A model generated the notes under the pieces. It saw only the letters and a program-made list of their open reading frames with translations. It was not told where the DNA came from and searched no databases. From Dehalococcoidia bacterium (GTDB taxonomy: Bacteria > Chloroflexota > Dehalococcoidia > Plut-88900), in NCBI GenBank assembly GCA_965197585.1, contig OZ240215.1, forward strand, positions 2,816,001 to 2,880,000: a DNA stretch of 64,000 bases. Direction: 5' to 3'. Positions 52,751 through 61,008 of this stretch are shown here, piece after piece (position 1 is the stretch's first letter; every line of letters starts with the position of its first letter). Position numbers and translations under genes: made by a program.

Positions 52751-53185
52751 CTACGCTTCCTCGCCTAACATGTAGGCGCCTTCGTCCCAAACCTCCTGTC
52801 GCCCGCCTGGTGTCCAGTTTACGATAATCGCCGTCAGAGGCTCGCTGCTGGTTACCCGCATCGCGTGGGACATACTGGGAGGGCAATATGTCACCGTTCC
52901 AGCCTCTGCCGTAAAGGTCTCGTCTCCCCATTCACATTCGGCCGTTCCACTCATAATAATGTATATCTCCGGCCTCAGATGCGCGTGGGCGCCGTAGTAC
53001 GTCCCCGGGTCCAACTTGAACGCCGTCGCAGCGACGTCCATATCTGATATCCCTCCATCCCGGCCAATAAGCGGCTTCGCATACATCGCCTTCAACAACG
53101 ACTGGGGGTAGTTGCTGTACGAAGGCATTTGTTCAAGCTCATAGTCCTTGATGTAGTACTTTCCCTTTTTCTCTTTCGCCATCAT
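52751..53185 (-). CDS. cupin domain protein
   Basis: PGTYYGAHAH..PEIYIIMSG and AGTVTYCPPSMSHAM cupin motifs; AAGGAG SD. Confidence 0.85.
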   Translation of the reverse strand: MMAKEKKGKYYIKDYELEQMPSYSNYPQSLLKAMYAKPLIGRDGGISDMDVAATAFKLDPGTYYGAHAHLRPEIYIIMSGTAECEWGDETFTAEAGTVTYCPPSMSHAMRVTSSEPLTAIIVNWTPGGRQEVWDEGAYMLGEEA

Positions 53186-53466
53186 TGCACTCCTTTACGA
53201 TTGGTGCTGTCACTTCAGAAAAACTATCGGCCTCATGCCGTGGAATTAAGTGGCAAAAGGCTTCTCAGTTTTGCGAAATTCCCTCAAATCATCGTGTGTT
53301 TTTTGCGGGTCGCCGATAATTGTACGAAGCTCCTCAGCGCGCATGCGTACCTCCATGATTCAGTTTCTCCCGGTCCCCAACAATCGACAACTGAAGGCCG
53401 CCTTGCCAAATGAGCAAAAGTCATAACTCATTCACCAGTCCCATCTTAGCAGATGAGGAACAGAGA

Positions 53467-54792
53467 TTACGTCTCAGCGGTGTCAGTCTCCTCCCCCACC
53501 AGGGCCAGCTCCCTATCCGGGTCCTCGACGCCGAGGTTGGACATGGCACGGCGCCGGCTGTGGATGCCGGATCGCACCAGCGTCTCTTCGTCCTGGACCA
53601 AACGGCTGCGGTCCTGGGGCAGGATCGGGCCCCAGAGGACTCGGGGGTGGGCGGGGCCGAAGTCCAGGCCCTTGTGCTGCTCCAGCACCTTGAGAATCAT
53701 GCGCCCCCGCCTTTCGTAGACCGACGTTCGGATCAGCCTCTTGCGCCGGACTTTCTGGACCAGCGGGTTCAGTTCTATGTCCAGCGCCACGCCGGAAAGG
53801 CCACGGGCGTTGTCTCCGAAGCTGGGCCTCGGAGATTCCGAGAGGTCGTGGAGGGCGCGGTAGACCAGGTCTATGAACTCGGTGTGGAGCCGGACTCCGC
53901 CGCCCTGCAGCAGGTCCAACAGGTAGGCCCGAGAGCTTTCCGGGACCTCCCACACGGCCCCCGGCTGCACCGTTATGTCCTGCGCATCCTCGATGTTTTC
54001 GAGCACGGCTATCGGGTTGCCGGACAGCTCCAGGATCATGGAAAGCTGGGAGAAGGCTCGGTTCAGCTCCCGGGCGGGCTCCATGATGGCCGGAACGTCG
54101 GACACGCCCCAGAAGCGCTTCGGCTCACGGATGTTGGGGAACACGACGAATGGGATGAAGCCGTAGGGGTTGGGCCGACGCTGGCGCCGCGCATTGTCGA
54201 TCCATATCTCGAAGGAGTCAGCAGTCCAGACCTCGATGATGGTGGAGTCGGAGCGGCTGTTCCCGGCCGCCGAGGCCCGGGCCCCGACGCCGTAGATGAG
54301 GCTGACTTCGTCAGGGGAGAGCTTGTAGCGGCTGGCCACCCGCCAGACCCGGTTCACGTCGTCGCCGACCCACCAGACGAAGATGCCCTGGACGTCGGGT
54401 GCGGAGACACGGACGCGCTCCTCCTCGGCGTCCCAGGTAACCTTGTACACGCTGTCGCCCAGGACGGCGGCGTCAAGCTCGGTGTCGAAGTCGAGCTGCT
54501 GCAGGTCGTTGTCCCTATAGGCGGCGGCGAGGGCGTGGGTGGCTTCCTCGGCCTTGCGGGCCGACTCATCGGAGGCGTCGACCGGGTCTATGGAGAAACC
54601 GATGTCGGCCATGAGATATGAGGTGATCTTGTCGATGAAGGAGCGGGCGTAATTGAAGGTCAGGCGTCGCTCCTTTCGGCGGGTGCGGCCGGCCCACTGG
54701 GCGCCGCCGTAGAAGGCGAGGTTTTCGGAGTAGGCCCGGAAGCGGTCGGCGTCCAGGCGTTCGATTTGTTGGGGGAGTGTGAGGTTATTCAT
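53467..54792 (-). CDS. phage portal protein (SPP1 gp6-like)
   Basis: FYGGAQW, LTFNYAR..IDK, PNPYGFIPFVVFPN, WGVSD, SGVALDI; AAGGAG SD. Confidence 0.88.
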   Translation of the reverse strand: MNNLTLPQQIERLDADRFRAYSENLAFYGGAQWAGRTRRKERRLTFNYARSFIDKITSYLMADIGFSIDPVDASDESARKAEEATHALAAAYRDNDLQQLDFDTELDAAVLGDSVYKVTWDAEEERVRVSAPDVQGIFVWWVGDDVNRVWRVASRYKLSPDEVSLIYGVGARASAAGNSRSDSTIIEVWTADSFEIWIDNARRQRRPNPYGFIPFVVFPNIREPKRFWGVSDVPAIMEPARELNRAFSQLSMILELSGNPIAVLENIEDAQDITVQPGAVWEVPESSRAYLLDLLQGGGVRLHTEFIDLVYRALHDLSESPRPSFGDNARGLSGVALDIELNPLVQKVRRKRLIRTSVYERRGRMILKVLEQHKGLDFGPAHPRVLWGPILPQDRSRLVQDEETLVRSGIHSRRRAMSNLGVEDPDRELALVGEETDTAET

Positions 54793-55080
54793 GTTGGTCT
54801 CCTTTTGGTGGGGTCTTGATTGGCTGTTGTGTTGTGTGGTCTATACTCTCACCCTCACCCCAGCCCTCTCCCATCAAGGGAGAGGGGGTAAGACCACCCC
54901 CCACCCATGGATTCCCGTGTCGGGGCACGGGAATGACGGGGGGTTGGGGGAGTGTCAGGTTGTTCATGTTGGTTTCCTTTTGGTGGGGTTTTGATTGACT
55001 ATGGTGTTGTGTGGTCTATACTCTCACCCTCACCCCAGCCCTCTCCCATCAAGGGAGAGGGGGTAAGACCACCCCTCCCG
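54772..55080. repeat. 175-bp-period tandem duplication of the portal RBS/start plus a REP hairpin
   Basis: 54772-54900 vs 54947-55075; both encode the MNNLTLPQ start. Confidence 0.9.
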
Positions 55081-55098
55081 CTCGATACTTCGAGAGCC

Positions 55099-55497
55099 TC
55101 AGCATGAGCGGCCCCTCCGTAGGGATTTGGCATGGTTTTCTTTGAGGATGCGGTGGACCATGCTGCGGCTGAGGCCGAACCGATTAGCGAGGGCCACCAC
55201 CCCCAGCCCCTCCTCCCGCCTGACGGCCAGCAGGTCCCTGTTCCTCTTATCCTTGGCCTCGCGCCGGAGCCAGCCGGGATTGTCATGGCGGCAGCGGGGC
55301 AGTGGGCAGGCGAGACACTCGGGGGCGACTTCACATCCTTCGTCTCGGTAGTCGACGTGCTCAGGCATGGGGTCATCCGGGGATTCGGGATCGGGGTCCG
55401 GTTCAAGGTACAGGTCATCCAGGACCGGGTCGTAGCAGGCCAGTTCCAGTTCTTCAACAATAAGGTTGTCGTGGGCCAGTTCTTTGTAGTACGGCAT
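55099..55497 (-). CDS. Cys-rich HTH DNA-binding protein, putative cluster regulator
   Basis: DEGCEVAPECLACPLPRCRHD followed by EGLGVVALANRFGLSRSMVHRIL HTH. Confidence 0.75.
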   Translation of the reverse strand: MPYYKELAHDNLIVEELELACYDPVLDDLYLEPDPDPESPDDPMPEHVDYRDEGCEVAPECLACPLPRCRHDNPGWLRREAKDKRNRDLLAVRREEGLGVVALANRFGLSRSMVHRILKENHAKSLRRGRSC

Positions 55498-55526
55498 TTC
55501 GATGTTTGTCTCCGTTCAATTCGACG

Positions 55527-55540
55527 TGTACGGCTGTTCA
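55527..55540. promoter_or_regulatory. LexA-like box upstream of the HTH/portal operon
   Basis: TGTAC-GGCT-GTTCA (minus strand GAAC-N4-GTAC), 30 bp upstream of ATG 55497. Confidence 0.5.
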
Positions 55541-56273
55541 TTTGTTCCCTCCGCTCTGTCTTTGGGTCACCCTCACCCTAGCCCTCTCCCATCGAGGGAG
55601 AGGGGATATGACCCCCCACCAGATTCCTCGCGGGGCTTCGGAATGGTAAGGGGGTTGGGGGAGTGAGGGAGATGACCAAGGTGGCGTATTGGCAGTGCGT
55701 GGTCCTGCCCCCGCTCGACCCTTCGATGCTCTCCGCCAAAGGCGGACTTACAGCATGGCGCACTTTCAGCTTGCTCAGGGTGAGCGGCCCCTCCCGGTGA
55801 TGGGTTCCCGTGTCGGGGCGCGGGACAGGCTCTAGTGCTTTCCCGTTGAGGGAGAGGGGACAGGGCACCCAGCCTCCGCCCCGGGGGAACCCTCACCCCC
55901 TTAATCCCCCTCTCCCTTAGGGCCATTAAGGGAGAGGGGGAGGGATGAATAGGGGCATGCAGGTGCGCCAAAGCGCACCTGCATGCCCCTAATTCAGTAC
56001 CTGGGGAAGAGGAAAAGTGGTCAGTGAGCGGACAAGTCCCAGATTCCTCGCGGGGCTTCGGAATGGCAGGGGGGTTGGGGGAGTGAGGGGGATGACCAAG
56101 GTGGCGTATTGGCAGTGCGTGGTCCTCCCCCCGCTCATACCCTTCGACTAAGCTCAGGACATGCTTCGAGAGCCTCAGCACGAGCGGCCCCTCCCCCTTG
56201 GGGATCACCCTCACCCTAGCCCTCTCCCCTCAAGGGAGAGGGGATCCGACCCCGCCAGATTCCTCGGGGGGGC

Positions 56274-57662
56274 TTATTCATAGCCTTTTCTGAGGCGGCC
56301 GGAGGCGCGGCGGGGGATGTAGTGGGAGGCGTGGACTAGGAGGGCTAGGCTGGTGAGGAAGTCGTCGTGGCCCTGGGAGGGTTCGACGAAGAAGTTGATG
56401 GTCTGGTTGGGTCTTACTGTGCTCCTTGCTTTGGAGATTTGGGACCAGAATTCCGTGGAATCGGGGGAGCCGTCCGGCTTGTAGGTGTGGAGCCTGCCGG
56501 AGTTGATGGCGGCGAGGAGGTCGAATCCGAGATCCGACTTGCTGCGGGCGGTGAAGGTGAAGGGTTTGACGATGGAAGGTCCTATGGTCTTACGCAGGAA
56601 GGCGGCGACGCCTGCACCTACACCGGTGGCGTCGACGACTACTCTGCGGCATGCCCACACGTTTTTGAGGAGGTGAACCAAAGTCGAGAAGGTCTCTGTG
56701 TGGGGCTTACCTTTCCACCAGAAGTGCTCGACTACACTAAGGGTGGGGAGTTTAGACCCGAAGCCGTCGTCGAGGTAGCGGAGTTCTCCGATGGTGACGA
56801 CGGTGGAGTCTCTCAAGGGCTCGGAGGCCCTTATCCCGCGGTTGGCGGGGTCTTCCGATTCGCCGGCAAGGTCAATGCCGGCCACGTAGGTGCGCCCTAC
56901 GAGGGGCGCGTTCTTGCGGCTGTGGTTGCCCTGGAGGAGGGCCTGCCGGGTATTGTCCAGGAACCTTCCATCGTCGGAAACGGGGGTGAGGCAGTACTGG
57001 GAGAGGAAGAGGGGGTGATCGCCGCCGAGGCGTTGTTGTTCGGCCTCGACAAAGCGCTGGTAGTGAGGGTTGTGTTGGGCTACGGCCTGCCAGTCGAACT
57101 CGAAGTGGCGCTGGATACCGTCGGCGCGCTGGAGCTCAAGGTTGGACTGCTTGACCTGCTGGAGGAGGTCGTGGTCGTCCCAGGCGGTGCCGTAGTGGAT
57201 GGTGGTGACGTTGGAGGAAGCGCCCATAGGGACGAAATCCCGGTTGAATTTGTCGGGTGAGACGTCCTGGGACTCGTCGATTTCGAGAAGGAGGCTGGCG
57301 GTGTTGCCGACGACGTTGCCGGAGGGGTGGGCGCTGAGGAATAGCTGACGGGCGCGGCCGACGCTGAATAGGGAGGCGTGTTGGAATGCGTAGTGGATGC
57401 GTTTGCGTCGGAGGACGTTTTCGAGTCGGGATATGCTGATGCGGGCCTGGGGGTAGAAGGTGGGGGCGGCCTTTATGGCGGTTACGGCGGCGCGAGAATA
57501 GGCGGAGAGGAGGGCGGCTTCGATCCAAGCGGAAATCTCGTTCTTGCCGCCCTGGCGTGCGACCATGACGGAGAAGGAGAGGCCCTTGCGGTCCTGGACG
57601 CTATCGAAGACGGCCTCTGCTATTTGATACTGGTAGGGCCTGAGGGAGTGGATGGTTACCAG
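56274..57662 (-). CDS. terminase large subunit; probable CTG start
   Basis: LRPYQ, Walker A ARQGGKNE, Walker B LLEIDESQD, YGTAW, AGIDLAG, VVDATGVG, GHDD nuclease motifs. Confidence 0.88.
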   Translation of the reverse strand: MVTIHSLRPYQYQIAEAVFDSVQDRKGLSFSVMVARQGGKNEISAWIEAALLSAYSRAAVTAIKAAPTFYPQARISISRLENVLRRKRIHYAFQHASLFSVGRARQLFLSAHPSGNVVGNTASLLLEIDESQDVSPDKFNRDFVPMGASSNVTTIHYGTAWDDHDLLQQVKQSNLELQRADGIQRHFEFDWQAVAQHNPHYQRFVEAEQQRLGGDHPLFLSQYCLTPVSDDGRFLDNTRQALLQGNHSRKNAPLVGRTYVAGIDLAGESEDPANRGIRASEPLRDSTVVTIGELRYLDDGFGSKLPTLSVVEHFWWKGKPHTETFSTLVHLLKNVWACRRVVVDATGVGAGVAAFLRKTIGPSIVKPFTFTARSKSDLGFDLLAAINSGRLHTYKPDGSPDSTEFWSQISKARSTVRPNQTINFFVEPSQGHDDFLTSLALLVHASHYIPRRASGRLRKGYE

Positions 57663-57874
57663 GGGGTGACTCCGGCGATGCCGAATACGAACTGGAGCAT
57701 GGCGGCGATCATGACGAAGAAGAAGAGGGTGTTGATGCGGCCCTTGAGCTCGGCGATCTGCTGGTGGAGCTCTGCGAGGCGCATTTCGAGTACGGCGTCG
57801 AAGGTGGACTCGGGCCGGATGGCGGGGGGCGCGGGGGTGTGAGGTTTGCGGCGGAATATGTTCATGATGTCCAT
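57656..57874 (-). CDS. small coiled-coil protein with C-terminal TM helix
   Basis: LAELHQQIAELKGRIN followed by a hydrophobic tail; coupled to both neighbours. Confidence 0.65.
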   Translation of the reverse strand: MDIMNIFRRKPHTPAPPAIRPESTFDAVLEMRLAELHQQIAELKGRINTLFFFVMIAAMLQFVFGIAGVTPW

Positions 57875-58278
57875 TAGCAGTTGGTGTCCCAGGGGATTAT
57901 CTTGAGGCCGAACTTTTCGGAGGCGTCTTTGAGCATTTCCTCGATGCCGTCCTCGCCGGGGGTGTAGGAGCCGGGATAGATGCGGGCTTTGGCGGCGAGG
58001 GCGCGAATGAGGAGATCGAGGGTCTTGGTCAATTGGGCGTCCCTGTTGTGGACCTTCTTGGCTTTGATGAACTTTCTGAGACGGCTGCGGAGCATGGCTA
58101 TCTCTACGTCCAGGCCAGGGGCGCTTCGGGATTCGAAGGTCATTTCGCCCAGGTTTCCGGGGGTCTCGTCGGGGTGGGGGGAGTCTCCCGGGGCACCAGG
58201 CTCCTGGGCCTGGTCACCCCGGGGCTCCTTTGACTCGGGCTCCGGGAGATGGGAGGGTTTGCGGGTCTTCTTGGTCAT
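57874..58278 (-). CDS. putative terminase small subunit-like protein
   Basis: First gene of the TerL operon; GLDVEIAMLRSRL helix; AAAGGA SD. Confidence 0.5.
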   Translation of the reverse strand: MTKKTRKPSHLPEPESKEPRGDQAQEPGAPGDSPHPDETPGNLGEMTFESRSAPGLDVEIAMLRSRLRKFIKAKKVHNRDAQLTKTLDLLIRALAAKARIYPGSYTPGEDGIEEMLKDASEKFGLKIIPWDTNC

Positions 58279-58361
58279 TTCGGCAGTCCTTTCGATCTTT
58301 TCGGCAATTCAGTTTGTTTCGGCAGGTGGTCCGGCCCTTGTGCGGGCCCGAGTCGGGGCGT

Positions 58362-58406
58362 AATATAGAATATGTGTGCTAGTTTAGTCAATAGGTCCGT
58401 GTCACT
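58362..58406 (-). promoter_or_regulatory. terminase operon promoter with LexA-like box
   Basis: TTGACT-18 nt-TATATT; AGAAT-ATGT-GTGCT at 58367-58380; AGTGACACGGACC upstream. Confidence 0.7.
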
Positions 58407-58907
58407 TTTTTGGGGGGGCTCGCAAACCGGGCTTGCGGGAGAAGGGGAACCCTCACCCCCTTGGTCCCCCTCTCCCTTAGGGCCTGTAAGGGAGAGGGGG
58501 AGAAAAAAACAGAGGCATGCACCTGCGCCAAGGCGCAGGTGCATGCCTCTAGTTTGGTACTGGGGGGGAGGCCCCACCCCAGATTCCTCGCGGGGCCTCG
58601 GAATGACAGAGTAAAGGGAGTTGGTTAGGGGAGAGGGGACGCGACGAAATGGCTGTGGTGGGCCGCTCCCGCTCGACCCTTCGACGGCGCTCAGGGTGAG
58701 CGGCCCCACCCACCGATGGATTCCCGAACGGGGTCGGGATCGATCCGCCTTAGGCGGACAGGCTCCCATCGGGGAGAAGGGGGGAGCGATCATTTTATAC
58801 GGGGTTTTAGAAGAAGAAGTAAGAACAGAGCATTACATTATGTAGATCATGCGATCTTTTTTATGGTAGGATCGGATCGAGCCTAACTGAACGCTTGATC
58901 TAATCCG

Positions 58908-59762
58908 GTGTGTGCCTTGGAGCCGTTCTGGCAGTCCGCCGACAACCTGTCCCGCCTGTACCTGGGCAACGCCTTCGAGGTGATGTCGTCGATACCGGAC
59001 GACTCCGTCGACTGCGTGTGGACGGACCCGCCGTACTTCCTTTCGAATGATGGGATAACGTGTGTGGCGGGGAGGATGGTGAAGGTGAACAAGGGGGAGT
59101 GGGACCGGAGCAGGGGGCTGGAGAGCGATCACGATTTCACCCGGCAGTGGCTGGAGGAATGTTACCGCATCCTGAAACCGGCGGGGACGATATGGGTGAC
59201 GGGGACTTTACACGTATACCTGAGTGTCGGGATGGCGATGCTGGAGCTTGGGTACCGGATACTGAACGATGTCCAATGGGAGAAGCCGAACCCGCCCCCG
59301 AACCTGGGGCGTCGATGCTTTACACATTCCACGGAAACGTTGTTGTGGGCAACCAAGGCCAAGAAGGGGAGCAAGCACCGGCACACGTTCAACTATGACG
59401 TTATGCGGGAGGAGAACGGCGGGCGTCAGATGAAGACGGTTTGGACGATGCCTCCGCCGGGCCGGGACGAAAAGAGGTTTGGCAAGCACCCGACGCAAAA
59501 GCCCCTGGCGCTGATACGGCGGTGCCTGAGGGCGTCCACCAACGAGGACGACATAGTTTTCGACCCATTCGTCGGCTCGGGAAGCACGGGGGTGGCGGCG
59601 TTGGGACTTGGGCGGAGGTTCTGGGGGGCGGAGTACCTAAAGGAATTTGCGGACCTGTCATATGCCCGGCTCACACCGGCGGACAGTTCAAGGAGTGGCG
59701 GGACTAGGGTTGACAGCGTCCATTGTCCGTCGATAGATTCCCGGACTGACAAACTCAACTAA
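58908..59762 (+). CDS. amino-DNA methyltransferase, beta class (DpnA-like)
   Basis: DPPYFLSN motif IV, VNKGEWD, WEKPNPPPNL, HPTQKP, DPFVGSGST motif I. Confidence 0.92.
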   Translation: MCALEPFWQSADNLSRLYLGNAFEVMSSIPDDSVDCVWTDPPYFLSNDGITCVAGRMVKVNKGEWDRSRGLESDHDFTRQWLEECYRILKPAGTIWVTGTLHVYLSVGMAMLELGYRILNDVQWEKPNPPPNLGRRCFTHSTETLLWATKAKKGSKHRHTFNYDVMREENGGRQMKTVWTMPPPGRDEKRFGKHPTQKPLALIRRCLRASTNEDDIVFDPFVGSGSTGVAALGLGRRFWGAEYLKEFADLSYARLTPADSSRSGGTRVDSVHCPSIDSRTDKLN

Positions 59763-60536
59763 TCCTCGATTGCGCAGCACTTGAAGCTGCTGACGGAGCT
59801 TCTCGGGGACGAAACGATTCTTTGGGTACTTCCTAGCGGCCTGTGGCCCACAAACCTGCATCAACTGGTCCATCTGGAATCCGTCTTTCGGCATTTCCAA
59901 GACTCCTTCCAGGGTGAGTTTTCGCCAACCAGTAAACCCCTTCAGGAAAGCTTCTTTGTCGGATATCGAGAATGTGGGCTTAGACGTGGGAAGGGCATCG
60001 TCATCAGGCTTTGGATGAGGGGCGACGGTTACCTTGATTGATTCCAGATGGCGATACATGCCCAGGAGCTCTTTAAGGCCAACCTCGTCGACTTCATCCT
60101 TTGTGTCGAACCCGTTCAGCAGGGACTTTGCCAATGTACTAACAGTCACGCTATCGGTAATGCCCAGGCCACATTCAAAGTTTCGCCACATGCCGGCGCG
60201 GGTGGCGTTGGCAGAAGTCACCAAAGCAACCGAAGAGTCGAAAACGTATATCTTGGCGTGAAGTCCGTGAAGACTACGAATGCTCACCCCGTCCTTGCTG
60301 AGGGAGCAAAGGGTATCGAGGCTCGATGCTCCCACGGCAAAGTTGCGGAGGTCCGTGCGGGTGACCAGGGTGCGGGATGCCCCTTTAGGAACCAAGTCGG
60401 TCAATTGCAGGATGCCGTCGTTAACGAAAGGGCTGCCGATTAGCAGGCGAGAGTTGCAGGCTCGGGCCTGTTCTGCCAGCCAGTCGAAGGTTGGGGTGGT
60501 TATGATTTGCACGTTGAGATGCCCTTTCAAGGGCAT
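59688..60536 (-). CDS. PLD-family nuclease fused to a DpnI-like winged-helix domain
   Basis: GSPFV, LHAKIYVFD...TSANAT HKD motif; C-terminal YPKNRFVPEKLRQQLQVLRNRGLVEFVSPGIY. Confidence 0.8.
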   Translation of the reverse strand: MPLKGHLNVQIITTPTFDWLAEQARACNSRLLIGSPFVNDGILQLTDLVPKGASRTLVTRTDLRNFAVGASSLDTLCSLSKDGVSIRSLHGLHAKIYVFDSSVALVTSANATRAGMWRNFECGLGITDSVTVSTLAKSLLNGFDTKDEVDEVGLKELLGMYRHLESIKVTVAPHPKPDDDALPTSKPTFSISDKEAFLKGFTGWRKLTLEGVLEMPKDGFQMDQLMQVCGPQAARKYPKNRFVPEKLRQQLQVLRNRGLVEFVSPGIYRRTMDAVNPSPATP

Positions 60537-60743
60537 TATATATGCAGGCTCGGGGGTGAGGGAGACGCAAGGATGTTTATCATAGTGGCGCCCTTAATAA
60601 GTTCATCAGGGGTGCAGAGCGAGTGAACATAGTGTCACTCGACAGATTTGTCAGTTTGGCTAACCAGAGCAACCTTTAGGAAATCTCCTCCATGCGGACA
60701 GAATGACGGGTTCGCAGTTGTACCCTGCTGCCCCCTCGATCGG

Positions 60744-60905
60744 TCAACCTCCCACCAATACGGCTATTCCTGCCACAACCAAGATCGGGCCGGTTATGAA
60801 GGCCGCTAGAGGCTGTTTCGTTTGGCCTTTCCAGGCCACCCGAAACAAGTGCACCCCTGCTGCTGCCAAGCCTACGGCTATGGCCAATTGAATTAACAGT
60901 TCCAT
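60744..60905 (-). CDS. 53-aa two-TM small membrane protein (below the ORF-track cutoff)
   Basis: AGGAGG SD; MELLIQLAIAVGLAAAGVHLFRVAWKGQTKQPLAAFITGPILVVAGIAVLVGG. Confidence 0.6.
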   Translation of the reverse strand: MELLIQLAIAVGLAAAGVHLFRVAWKGQTKQPLAAFITGPILVVAGIAVLVGG

Positions 60906-61008
60906 TAACTAATCCTCCTGTCTAAATGGTTAAGGGGGTGGGTTCCGGGTCGGGGGGGTGGACTCCCGACTGCTCGGAAATGATTGGGACAAAGGGGTCT
61001 GTGAGTCT

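Larger units (their letters stand above)
45009..58278 (-). mobile_element. phage-derived head/packaging gene cluster (GTA-like or domesticated prophage)
   Basis: TerS-like, TerL, portal, scaffold, MCP, adaptor and tail-like genes co-oriented; no integrase, replication or endolysin gene in the window. Confidence 0.75.

Noticed and set aside
54850-56270. CRISPR array
   Set aside because: Repeats are heterogeneous and irregularly spaced with no unique equal-length spacers; no cas genes
53410-57260. Long plus-strand ORFs 53410-54621 and 56367-57260
   Set aside because: Antisense shadows of portal and TerL, expected in high-GC DNA
45009-58278. Intact inducible prophage
   Set aside because: No integrase, att pair, repressor, replication, tape-measure or lysis genes; interrupted by host genes. 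Such genes elsewhere in the genome cannot be excluded.
55573-58793. ORFs 55573-56214, 55578-55868 and 58275-58793
   Set aside because: Translations of REP clusters
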